NCBI GenBank assembly: GCA_049964795.1
Contig: JBMFWY010000007.1
Coordinates: 1-42,515 of the forward strand
DNA: 42,515 nucleotides
Direction: 5' to 3'
DNA from: Candidatus Micrarchaeia archaeon
Lineage (GTDB): Archaea > Micrarchaeota > Micrarchaeia > Micrarchaeales > Micrarchaeaceae
Shown piece after piece: positions 9,985 through 19,274 of this stretch. Made by a program: the position numbers and the translations under genes. Numbering within the stretch: position 1 is the stretch's first letter; every line of letters starts with the position of its first letter. The notes beneath the pieces were generated by a model. It did not search any database. It saw only the letters and a program-made list of their open reading frames with translations, and had not been told where the DNA came from.

Positions 9985-10701
9985 TTAGACTTTCTTGAGC
10001 CTTTCCCTTATCTCATCTATGTCGAGTTTTGTTGTGATAAGAGGTATCTTCTCAACTTGAGCAAGCCTTACTGCAAGCTTGTCAACGTTGCTTATATCAT
10101 GCAGCACTACAAGCTTTGGTTTTATTGGCGCAACTCTTATTACTACCATGGGGCTTCTTCCCGTGCTGACCTGTTTAAACAGGAAAGCCCTCTCTGTTGT
10201 AGAGCCGAACAGCTTTGGGTAATCTGCGGGCTGCAGCTCCAATATAACTCTTAAGCTGTCTATCTCTGTGTATCCAAATAGCTGTATCGAATCAAGATAG
10301 CTCTGGTTTACGACTATCTTTCCTTCTATTATCCTGTTGAAATCTGTGCCACTTATGGGTGTAGTAAAATCGTAGATGTTGTAGAATGGCGTTTCCTTTT
10401 GGTTCTCTTGTGAGAACTTTTCTAGGCTTTTTGCAACAGTGCCGCCGTGTTCTTCGTCTATAACAAACAAAGCATCAACAAATCTTCTTATTACTCCAAC
10501 TCCTGGGCTCAGCCTCCTGTTGCTTTCATAGTCGCTTATGGTTGATGCGGAAATCTTTATGTGCTTGGAAAGTTCTGCCTGGGTGATACCGAACAGCGAT
10601 CGCCATTTTTTCATAACGCTTCCAGGGCTGTCCGAAAGCGCTATCTCTCCAGCAACAAGTTCGCGTATGTTGTCCATGATCATCAGCCAATTGTAATGCA
10701 C
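9985..10701 (-). CDS. Archaeal XRE-type HTH transcriptional regulator (COG1709-like)
   Basis: AGEI..S..PG..MKKWR..F.ITQ.ELS...STISDYESNRR.SPG and STGRSPM motifs. Confidence 0.85.
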   Translation of the reverse strand: MHYNWLMIMDNIRELVAGEIALSDSPGSVMKKWRSLFGITQAELSKHIKISASTISDYESNRRLSPGVGVIRRFVDALFVIDEEHGGTVAKSLEKFSQENQKETPFYNIYDFTTPISGTDFNRIIEGKIVVNQSYLDSIQLFGYTEIDSLRVILELQPADYPKLFGSTTERAFLFKQVSTGRSPMVVIRVAPIKPKLVVLHDISNVDKLAVRLAQVEKIPLITTKLDIDEIRERLKKV

Positions 10702-10773
10702 TCTAAATTATTGAAGGCATTCGAAACTTTATTATACTTACGCAATTGAGCAAAAGTGCCTCAACGCTTCGCT

Positions 10774-11520
10774 TTACTGCTTCTTCCTCTTCTTGCCTTT
10801 TTTGTTGCCTCCTATTCCATTATAGAGTTCGTCTATATACTCATTGCTTACCCTGTCGCCAGGCTCCACGTTCAATATCCCTGGTGTCGTTTTGGGCTTT
10901 GATATTAGTCCGTATACTACAAGCACAAGTCCAAGTATGAAAAGTGTGATCATCACAAGGCCTAGCACAGCCAGCTCAGTAAGCGAAGAGTTGCCATTTG
11001 TCTTTCCCGAAAGGAAGCTTATCTCCGGCAAAAGCACTGTAGCATTGAAGCTCTCTGCACTAGATTTGCTGCCATTAGTATTGTCTATTACAATATAATA
11101 GTTCCCTGGCGGAACCTTTGAAATATTGGAGTAATAAAGCGCCTCACTTGTCTTGTTCGCCAAAATGGGGAATGTTGCTATTATTACGTTTGCAAATATT
11201 GCTTCGGCGCCTTTGCCCTTGAGCGTAAGGGCCTTTGAAAGCCCACTTGCGTTTTTGTTTCCATTAATATAGGAGTGCCATTCAGCATAAGCGCTTGTGT
11301 TAAGGAGGTAAAGGTTGGTGTAAGACTTTGATTCGAATATCATGAAGAAGCGCGATGAATTCGTTATGTTAGTCGGCATTGCCACGTAGCTGCTTTTTGC
11401 AACTGTAAAATTAGACTGCGTTATCGGCAGTATTGAACGTGCCATGCTGCCTGAAAGCAAGAGTACAGCAATTCCTACAATAATTATTATTATGCCAGAA
11501 TATACTACCTTTTTCTTCAT
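10774..11520 (-). CDS. Hypothetical membrane protein with two TM helices and an extracellular beta-rich domain
   Basis: N- and C-terminal hydrophobic stretches, several N-x-S/T sequons, basic C-terminus. Confidence 0.75.
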   Translation of the reverse strand: MKKKVVYSGIIIIIVGIAVLLLSGSMARSILPITQSNFTVAKSSYVAMPTNITNSSRFFMIFESKSYTNLYLLNTSAYAEWHSYINGNKNASGLSKALTLKGKGAEAIFANVIIATFPILANKTSEALYYSNISKVPPGNYYIVIDNTNGSKSSAESFNATVLLPEISFLSGKTNGNSSLTELAVLGLVMITLFILGLVLVVYGLISKPKTTPGILNVEPGDRVSNEYIDELYNGIGGNKKGKKRKKQ

Positions 11521-11686
11521 GCTACCATCTTGAAAGCAGGCTTTTTAGAAGCCAAATTGCCTAGCGCATTTGCCATGTCGCCTCCACTATGCCTGCATAT
11601 CCTTCTCCGTTTTGTGTTTCTGCATACAAATTTATAAATATGCTTTAAAAAGATAATTATCAGTTATTGCTTCGCAGTGTATTGAA

Positions 11687-12409
11687 ATGGCAGAAATAGA
11701 AAGGGTGAGTACGGGCATAGAGGGTCTGGATCAGCTAACTTATGGGGGCATACCATTAATGGACCAAGTAATAATTGCCGGCGGGCCAGGCTCCGGCAAG
11801 ACCCTGCTGAGTATGGAGGTTCTTTATAACGCTGCAAAAAGGGGGATCCATTCATCTTTTATCGCCCTTGAGGAAGAGCCTGCCACCGTACTCAAGAACT
11901 TTAAGAATGCCTTTCCGGCATTTGCTGATGTTGACGAGCTGATATCAGAAGGCGCCCTTATAGTAGACGGGGAGGATGCCGCTACACGCATACAGGCCAC
12001 GAGCGACTCTGAAAGCTATTCGTTTGGCAATATAGTTTCTGATATCGAAGCAATTGTGCAGTCCAACGATTCAAAGCTTGTTGCTATAGATTCTGTTTCT
12101 TTGCTTAAGCTGCTTATAAGCGACAAGCTGCTTTACAGAAAATCGATGATAGCTCTAACATCTAACATGAGGCGTCTGGGAGTTACAAGCTTGCTCACCG
12201 CAGAGATGGCTTCTTCGGAAAGGAAGGATCTCAAATTTAGCCAGGAATTTTTCATATTTGACGGAATAATAGCAATGTATCAGATGGAGCAGGCAGATCG
12301 AAGGTCCTTGGGCGTGGAAGTCGTAAAGCTTAGGGGCTCAAACCACAGCTGGTCTCTCGTGCCTTACGAAATAATGCCTAATGGTTTCAAGGTTTATTCA
12401 GTGCAATGA
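11687..12409 (+). CDS. Single-domain KaiC/GvpD/RAD55-family RecA-superfamily ATPase
   Basis: STGIEGLD, Walker A GGPGSGKT, LEE, Walker B VAIDS, VVKLRG. Confidence 0.9.
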   Translation: MAEIERVSTGIEGLDQLTYGGIPLMDQVIIAGGPGSGKTLLSMEVLYNAAKRGIHSSFIALEEEPATVLKNFKNAFPAFADVDELISEGALIVDGEDAATRIQATSDSESYSFGNIVSDIEAIVQSNDSKLVAIDSVSLLKLLISDKLLYRKSMIALTSNMRRLGVTSLLTAEMASSERKDLKFSQEFFIFDGIIAMYQMEQADRRSLGVEVVKLRGSNHSWSLVPYEIMPNGFKVYSVQ

Positions 12410-12494
12410 CCCGAATAGCAATCGCAACGGCACATGCCATGGCTTCTAGTTATGTCGCTTGCATTTGCAAATGGGGAATGACTGGCGTTGCAAG

Positions 12495-13589
12495 ATGTCA
12501 AACACAAAAATCATTTTAACAGAGAAAGACAAGAAAGTGCTGTATTCAGGCATAGCAATTCTTTTTGTAGCAGTTGCGCTTGCAGTTATGGTTTTCCAGT
12601 ATTTCGCTTTTCACCGCTCCGCGTTGCGCAGCTGCACTTCAATACTATTACCCCAAAACAGGCAGCAATGCCTGCAAAACCTTGCATTATACACAGGCAA
12701 TGCATCCGTATGCAACTACGCACTTGGCCAAGGAAAATACGAATGCCTCGCAAATTTTGCCGAGTCATCGAATAGCCTTTCGGATTGTCAAGCGATAAAT
12801 CACTCTAGCCCATACTACAGCCTCTGCGTCTACAACATCAGCTATTCCAGCGAAAGCATAAATGGTTGCGAGCTAATCCCAAACAGCAGCTACAGCTCTG
12901 CATGCATATACTCCATAGCAAAGAAGCTCGGCTTTGAAAGCCCTTCATATTGCAGCGGCATAAGAAACACATCGCTAAAAAATACATGCCTTTACATGTA
13001 TGATTTCAACGCCGCAAACGCTTATGAAAATATTTCCTATTGCAGCCTGCTTCCTAACGGGCAAAATTCCACATTGCTCTATCTGATGGCTTCCCAAGCC
13101 TCGGGGTTTGGGAGCAGTTCCCCCGGCTATGGCGTTACCCTGCCATTGTATTATTATGTAATGAATGCTACTCCAAAAAGTGTTTGCTTCTATTCACTTG
13201 CAGTGAAAACAAAGAACCCAAGCCTGTGCAGCTACATAGGCGGAAGCCTTTCCGCTACCTGTTCATATGTAGTGAAAGCCTCAATGCTCAATTTGAATGA
13301 GAGCAGCAATCTCACGCTGAATTCCAGCTCGATGAATGCTAGCATAATGTGCAACAGCACGCCCAGCTATCTGAAGGGCTACTGCATGGCAGGCATAGAA
13401 ACTACCCTTGCAATAAAGGAAAGAAATGTGGGCGTATGCCTTAATATGAGCAGCACCACTTTCTCCTATCCTTGCATCGAAGCTCTTGCAAGGACCTACG
13501 CCGATCCCTCGTATTGCGATTATATACAAAATGCTACTGTTCAATCTGCATGCCTCCTCTCATCAGGCAAAATAAACCTTACAACATAA
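12495..13589 (+). CDS. Membrane-anchored cysteine-repeat surface protein
   Basis: N-terminal TM helix followed by 20 Cys in 10 repeated pairs; many N-glycosylation sequons; start taken at MSNTK. Confidence 0.8.
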   Translation: MSNTKIILTEKDKKVLYSGIAILFVAVALAVMVFQYFAFHRSALRSCTSILLPQNRQQCLQNLALYTGNASVCNYALGQGKYECLANFAESSNSLSDCQAINHSSPYYSLCVYNISYSSESINGCELIPNSSYSSACIYSIAKKLGFESPSYCSGIRNTSLKNTCLYMYDFNAANAYENISYCSLLPNGQNSTLLYLMASQASGFGSSSPGYGVTLPLYYYVMNATPKSVCFYSLAVKTKNPSLCSYIGGSLSATCSYVVKASMLNLNESSNLTLNSSSMNASIMCNSTPSYLKGYCMAGIETTLAIKERNVGVCLNMSSTTFSYPCIEALARTYADPSYCDYIQNATVQSACLLSSGKINLTT

Positions 13590-13695
13590 GCATGCATTTC
13601 TGATTTAAGAAGTATCAAAAAGCTTGCCTCTATCTATTTGAATGTTTTTGCTGAAAGCTTTATCCCGAGGCTTTGTTTGTTTAACTGTGGTAATA

Positions 13696-15120
13696 ATGAA
13701 AGGAATTGTTTCATCCGCAAGGCGTTCCCTGTCTGGGGAAGACATATACACAATAATAGGAGAAGGCAAAGTTTTCATTTCAAGAAGCGACAAGCACCTT
13801 GAGCTATACGACTCAGTAGAATTTACAGAGGACCCTCAAGGCGACAGCAAAAACCCCTCCATTATAGTAGAAAGCCGATCTCCAGGGAGCCATGCTGCAT
13901 GCTTCGAGGCGATAGGCAAAATGCTTTCAGGCTCCCTATCCAATAGCTTGCTTGCGCTCGGTATAAGTCAGTTCGACAGCATAGCTGAAAAGATGAAAGG
14001 CCAAATGTTCGCGGCCGCAGAGAGAATAGCCAGAAGCGTGGAAAGCGGCTCCCCAATAGTGCTGAGGTTCCACAACGACGGCGACGGATCAAGCGGAGCT
14101 ATTGCTTTTTACAATGCAATATCAAGCATGCAGGAGAACTTCATTGGAAAGCTTGTAAGTGTATCATACAGGATAAACAAAAGCATATCCTATGCGCAAT
14201 CATCACTTTGGAGCGATAAGCTTTTTTTCAACACTTTTGAAAGTGTGGAAAAACCTCTTGTCATAATAATAGACTTCGGGACTTCCGAGCAGAGCTATGA
14301 AGCCATAGATTCTATCAAGGACATAGACCTCGTATGGATAGACCACCACCCTTTGCCAAAGGATTTTCCCCTATCAAAGATCCCAATATACATAAGCCCC
14401 TGGCTCAGTGGCGGCGACTCAAATCAAACGGCAGGAGCATTGGCATGCGTTCTTGCTTCAATGCTTACAAAAATGCCAGAAGCGAAGCTTAAGTATCTTG
14501 CCGAGCTCTCGCGCATTTCTTTGATAAGCGACCACAGCGAGTTTGCTCCCAAGAGCCAGATAGAGTCAGAGAAGGCGCTCGTTCTAGATCACATAACAAG
14601 CAAAAAGCTCCGCTTCTCCGATTCTTCAGAGCCTTCCCTTACCCCGAAAAGCATGGACGAAGTGCTCAAGGACGAGCTTAAATGGAAGGAAATGTTCAGG
14701 AAAGCGCGCGAGCAGCTGGATGAAGCAATACGAGTAGGCATAAAGCATGCAAAGCATTACAAGAGTACCTTAGGTTTTAAAATTGTCGAGCTCGACTTTG
14801 GGCATGTTTCAGCTTTAGACTACAGCATCTTGCCAGGAAGGTACAGCTCAAAGTTGCACGATGAAATGCACGACCTGCTCAAGGAAGACGTCGTGCTTGT
14901 AGTCCATTACGCAAACAACATCTCCATAAGGCTTGACAAGAAGATTTCCAAGTCAATAAACCTGCTAGAGGTCATAGAAAGGATGAAGGAAAGGGAGCCT
15001 TTCGTGCTTAATGGCGGGGGCCATATGGAAGCCGCGAGCATAAAAGTCGAGAACGGCTATATTGAAAAGGCGCTTGACATACTTTTCGAAGAGCTCGGCG
15101 CAGACAGGTCGCCAAATTAA
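13696..15120 (+). CDS. DHH/DHHA1 phosphoesterase (archaeal RecJ-like)
   Basis: HNDGDG, IIDFG, IDHH, SD and C-terminal GGGH motifs. Confidence 0.85.
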   Translation: MKGIVSSARRSLSGEDIYTIIGEGKVFISRSDKHLELYDSVEFTEDPQGDSKNPSIIVESRSPGSHAACFEAIGKMLSGSLSNSLLALGISQFDSIAEKMKGQMFAAAERIARSVESGSPIVLRFHNDGDGSSGAIAFYNAISSMQENFIGKLVSVSYRINKSISYAQSSLWSDKLFFNTFESVEKPLVIIIDFGTSEQSYEAIDSIKDIDLVWIDHHPLPKDFPLSKIPIYISPWLSGGDSNQTAGALACVLASMLTKMPEAKLKYLAELSRISLISDHSEFAPKSQIESEKALVLDHITSKKLRFSDSSEPSLTPKSMDEVLKDELKWKEMFRKAREQLDEAIRVGIKHAKHYKSTLGFKIVELDFGHVSALDYSILPGRYSSKLHDEMHDLLKEDVVLVVHYANNISIRLDKKISKSINLLEVIERMKEREPFVLNGGGHMEAASIKVENGYIEKALDILFEELGADRSPN

Positions 15121-16361
15121 CCCTTACCTGCGCTTAACTCAATCAGATAAGAGACTTCCTTTTCTTCGAGCCCGAACTCCTTTTCAAGAAATTCGCCTAC
15201 TTTCGCCCTGCCCTCTTCGCTTGCCGCCATTTTTTTAATCTCCTTTTCTATAAGCTTGAGCTCGTTCATGACTATGCGCTTTGTTCCTGAATGAAGGCGT
15301 TGCGCAAGCTTTTCTGCGATTTTTGCCTTTGCATTCCTGTCTTCCTTGGATTCGCTTAGACTCTTTATCGCTCTCGGATAAGTATACCTTCCCATCATGT
15401 TTGGTGGCTGTTCCTTCGCCAAGGAGACCCCAGCAGACATTAAAACATTTGCATATCTCCAATACGTGTAATACTGGCTTTTCGAAGCCCTTCCTAAATA
15501 AAGAGTAGCAAGAGCAAGGTTGTCAAATGCGTGCGCTTTCTCTTCCTTACCTAAATATTTTCCCGGCAAATTCTCTCCTATCCAGTTTATTAGCATGCTC
15601 TGCTCTTCCTCGGCGTTTGTTACGGCGAACAGCGACGCAGAAAAGGTATACGCTCTGAATATCTTGTCTAAAACACCAAAGATCTCCTCTTTCCTATTCC
15701 TTGTTCCCAGGGCCTCCGCGTCAAATTCGGTCGCTCCAGCAAGCGCCCATGCGTCATTTATTGCGCTTCTTGCATCGCCAGCAGATTTTGCAACTATCAA
15801 GTCCACAATCCTTTCGTCAAGCGATATACCGGACCTGATTTCGAACGCATGTACAGCGTCCCTTACAGAAGCGTTGTCTAGCTTTTTGAATTGCACTACG
15901 TCTACCCTGTTCCTGAGAAACCTTATGCTTTGGCTCCATTGGTCATCTGCTATAAATATTATTGGCGATTTGGAATTTGAGATGAGTTTTTCTATTGCAG
16001 AAGACGCTCCCGTGTCAAACCTCGGCATGAGCTCGTCTATTTCATCGAAAAGTATGAGATTTTTGCCTCCAAAAAGATGCCTAGAACTAGCAGCAGTTGC
16101 AGCTATCTTGTTTATCGATTCTGCATCGCGGTAATCGCCCGCATTCATTTCTACAATATTCCACCCCCTCTCTTCAGCTATCAAGTGTACGGTAGCGGTC
16201 TTCCCAGTCCCTGAAGGCCCTGCAACAAGCAGCGGTTTTCTTGCTACACCTTTGTTAACCTCTTTTGCGTAAGCGATTATTTGCGAAACCGCAAAATTAT
16301 TGCCGAAAATATCCTTAAGCGATCTCGGCGAGTAAAACTCTTCTTCATCCATTTTCGGCAC
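15117..16361 (-). CDS. rfcL: Replication factor C large subunit
   Basis: Y.P.SL.DI.G, GPSGTGKT, EMNAGDYR, FDEID, GDARSAIND, WIGEN, YWRYA. Confidence 0.9.
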   Translation of the reverse strand: MPKMDEEEFYSPRSLKDIFGNNFAVSQIIAYAKEVNKGVARKPLLVAGPSGTGKTATVHLIAEERGWNIVEMNAGDYRDAESINKIAATAASSRHLFGGKNLILFDEIDELMPRFDTGASSAIEKLISNSKSPIIFIADDQWSQSIRFLRNRVDVVQFKKLDNASVRDAVHAFEIRSGISLDERIVDLIVAKSAGDARSAINDAWALAGATEFDAEALGTRNRKEEIFGVLDKIFRAYTFSASLFAVTNAEEEQSMLINWIGENLPGKYLGKEEKAHAFDNLALATLYLGRASKSQYYTYWRYANVLMSAGVSLAKEQPPNMMGRYTYPRAIKSLSESKEDRNAKAKIAEKLAQRLHSGTKRIVMNELKLIEKEIKKMAASEEGRAKVGEFLEKEFGLEEKEVSYLIELSAGKG

Positions 16362-16531
16362 CTTTTCCTCTTTATCTTGATTTATATATGCCTTGCCATT
16401 GCTATTCTATATTCTTTGAGATACGGAGAACCGCAGCCTTAAACCTCAGGCATTCTTATTATAAAGTTATTCAGTAAAGAGATAAAAATATATATATTAA
16501 ATTTGCATACAGGAATGCGGTCTCTCCATCA

Positions 16532-16598
16532 GCCGGATGCATCTGCAATACCTTGGCAGGTTTTGATTTGCCATTTCGCCCTGCATGCTTCGGCTTTT
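16532..16598 (+). promoter_or_regulatory. Putative structured RNA element (long imperfect hairpin plus T-run) upstream of uppS
   Basis: GCCGGA/TTCGGC, GCAT/ATGC, GCA/TGC and TGGCAGGT/ATTTGCCA pairings, followed by TTTT. Confidence 0.3.
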
Positions 16599-16642
16599 CA
16601 CATTGTCTATCTCAGAGTTTCGCAAACCAAACGGTCAATCAT

Positions 16643-17365
16643 ATGACGGGAAAAAAAGAAAGCACTATATTGCCAAATCACGTCGCAATCATACCTGACG
16701 GCAACAGGCGGTGGGCAAAAAGCCATAGGCTGAGTCTGCTGCAGGCATATGACTTGGGGATTAAAAAATTTATAACGCTCTCGGAATGGCTAAGCCGCAT
16801 GGGCGTGAGGACCCTCAGCGCATGGGCTCTTTCTACTGACAATATAAGAAATAGGAGCAAGGCAGAATTAGACCTACTGTATTCCCTTTACATAAAGGCG
16901 GTTGAAGATAAAAAAGTCGCAGAAATTCTTAGGAGAAATCGCACACACGTTAATATAATAGGCGATTTGTCCCTAATTCCAGAAAAGGTAAGAAAGGAGC
17001 TCCACAAGCTTGAAACCTTAACCAAAAATTACCATGACAACACGATGAACCTGCTTGTCGCATATGGTGGCAAGGAGGACTTGCTGTACGCGGTAAAAAG
17101 GATAGCAAAGAAAAGCGCTATGCTCGGCAGAAGCCTAAATATAACTTCAGAGGAGCTGCAGCGCAATCTTATAACTTCAAAGATTCCGGAAGTAGATCTT
17201 ATGATACGTACATCCGGGGAAAAAAGGACTTCTGGCATGCTTCCGTGGCAGGGTGCCTACGCGGAGCTTTATTTTGCAAAGAAGTATTGGCCGGAGTTTG
17301 GTGAGCGCGACTTAAAAAATGCATTGGATTGGTTTTCTAGAAGAAAAAGGAGGTTTGGAAAATAA
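16643..17365 (+). CDS. uppS: cis-prenyltransferase (polyprenyl diphosphate synthase)
   Basis: HVAIIPDGNRRWA, STDN..R, YGG, IRTSGE.R.S...WQ..YAEL.F, WPEF, RRFGK. Confidence 0.95.
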   Translation: MTGKKESTILPNHVAIIPDGNRRWAKSHRLSLLQAYDLGIKKFITLSEWLSRMGVRTLSAWALSTDNIRNRSKAELDLLYSLYIKAVEDKKVAEILRRNRTHVNIIGDLSLIPEKVRKELHKLETLTKNYHDNTMNLLVAYGGKEDLLYAVKRIAKKSAMLGRSLNITSEELQRNLITSKIPEVDLMIRTSGEKRTSGMLPWQGAYAELYFAKKYWPEFGERDLKNALDWFSRRKRRFGK

Positions 17366-17398
17366 ACAATTCACGCCTGCTTTTTGGACGGTGCAACA

Positions 17399-19249
17399 AT
17401 GTCTCAAAAAAAACCTGATTTTTTTGCAAAATACACTGCCCTGTTTTCTAAAAACCTCCCGAGCGCATACGTTTTGGTAATGATTCTCATAGCATTCAGC
17501 ATAATTACGGGAATAATAGCAATGGTGCTTATACACTTCAGAGAAATAAACCGCATAAGCTTCATACTTGTTTCAGGCACCCTCATCGGCATAATGGCTT
17601 TGATACTACCAACTTTGTTTACTTCTTTCATAATACGCGCAATAAAGCAGAGGTTGGCATTGAAGTATGTAATATTCTTGTCGCTGCTAGGCGAGCTTTA
17701 CTATATGATATTCATACTGGCAGGCGCCGCTCTGTACCTAATCGCTTCAATGCCTTCACTCTCAAGTACCATCATACTGCTGGGCGATGCCGGCATATTT
17801 GCATGGTGGCTCTTCACAAGCAAGGTCATCTTCGGTGACAGAAAGAAGGCAGTGTTCCTATCATTGATACAGCCAACGATAAACCTGCTTATGTTCCTTC
17901 CCTTTAGCACTTTTATGTTTGCGCTCTCATCCTCGCTCGATTCTGCGCTGCTGAAGCTTTACGGAGGCATAGCAATATTTGCAATTTTCAGCTATCTTGC
18001 AATGTACGTTTTCGAAAAGCCGATAAAAAGGGGCCTCGGCATCAGCGGAATAGACCTTTTTTCGCAAATGCTGCAGAATTGGTTGTTCAATTTTACAATA
18101 ACAACCCCCAAGGAAAAATCGAACAAATTCGGCATGAAGGCAGACATTGCTACACACACCGTGGTGATAAAAAGCATTTCAGGCAAAACCAAAGCGATAT
18201 TTTTTGTGCCTGAAGTGCATTTTGGCCCTTCGGGCATATTGGGTGGAAGCAATTTCCCTTACATGTTTGAGAAGGCAGCAGAAGAAAAATACAAAGCGCC
18301 AATTTTTGTAATGCACGGCGCGGTCAACGAGGATCAAAACCCAATTTTCAACACCGATTTTTCAAAACTCCTCTCAGCGCTTAACTCCTCCATCTCAGAA
18401 GCGAAGCCTTCTAGCATAAATACAGGAGAAAAGTTTTTGAGGAGCTATCACAATTCCTCATCTGTCACTGTGCTTGATCTGGGGAATGTTTCTTTTGTGA
18501 CTTTTACAAGGGCACCGCGCATAACGGAAGATATCGAGCCTGCCGTCGCCGTCCTATTTTCAAAGATACTGCAGCGCAAGTTCAAAAATCCGGTGCTCCT
18601 GGATGCGCATAACACAAGATTTGAGAGCGCGCCAGCCGACGAGCTGGCAGGAGTAAAACTCAATACCCCAATAATGCACGAATATCTTGAAGCGATAGAA
18701 AAGCTTTCTAAGCCGGAGCATGCTTCAAAAGTGCTAAAATTCGGCTCCTCAAAAGTAAACATCTTCAAGGCTTTGGGCGCCCCGCAGGATCTCGCTCCAG
18801 GTGCTATGAAAGTTGCAGTTTTTGCATTTAACGGATACAAGCGCGCTATGATTCTATTCAACTCCAACAATATGCTGCCTTCCATGCGGAACTCAATAAT
18901 AAAGCATGTCAAATCAAAGTTTGGGGTAGACGCGGAGGTCTATACTACAGACACTCATTACGTGAACTCGCTAAGGGAAAGTGCTGCAAATGTGCTTGGC
19001 AGGCACACAAGTTATGCAGACTTGGAGCCATTTATAGACGAAGCGATGAAAAGCGCATTAGGTGACTTAGAAGAATCCAAAGCATATTACAGCATGCGCA
19101 AGGTAAGTAATTTCTTGATTTGGGGGGCAAGCTCGCGCGAAAGGATAAGGATTGCAATCGATTCCATGTTCTCAATTGTGAGGATGATGATACCAATACT
19201 AATAGTTTTTGGCCTTATAGTCGCGGCTTGGGTAATTTCCCTCGTGTGA
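17399..19249 (+). CDS. DUF2070 family multi-pass membrane protein
   Basis: About 7 N-terminal TM helices, soluble domain with VHFGP, HG, DAHN and TTDTH motifs, C-terminal TM helix. Confidence 0.8.
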   Translation: MSQKKPDFFAKYTALFSKNLPSAYVLVMILIAFSIITGIIAMVLIHFREINRISFILVSGTLIGIMALILPTLFTSFIIRAIKQRLALKYVIFLSLLGELYYMIFILAGAALYLIASMPSLSSTIILLGDAGIFAWWLFTSKVIFGDRKKAVFLSLIQPTINLLMFLPFSTFMFALSSSLDSALLKLYGGIAIFAIFSYLAMYVFEKPIKRGLGISGIDLFSQMLQNWLFNFTITTPKEKSNKFGMKADIATHTVVIKSISGKTKAIFFVPEVHFGPSGILGGSNFPYMFEKAAEEKYKAPIFVMHGAVNEDQNPIFNTDFSKLLSALNSSISEAKPSSINTGEKFLRSYHNSSSVTVLDLGNVSFVTFTRAPRITEDIEPAVAVLFSKILQRKFKNPVLLDAHNTRFESAPADELAGVKLNTPIMHEYLEAIEKLSKPEHASKVLKFGSSKVNIFKALGAPQDLAPGAMKVAVFAFNGYKRAMILFNSNNMLPSMRNSIIKHVKSKFGVDAEVYTTDTHYVNSLRESAANVLGRHTSYADLEPFIDEAMKSALGDLEESKAYYSMRKVSNFLIWGASSRERIRIAIDSMFSIVRMMIPILIVFGLIVAAWVISLV

Positions 19250-19274
19250 TTGCCAGGCTTTCCCTTCGCCGAAA

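Noticed and set aside
11687-12409. Circadian KaiC clock
   Set aside because: Single domain, no Ser/Thr phosphosite pair at the expected position, no KaiB nearby
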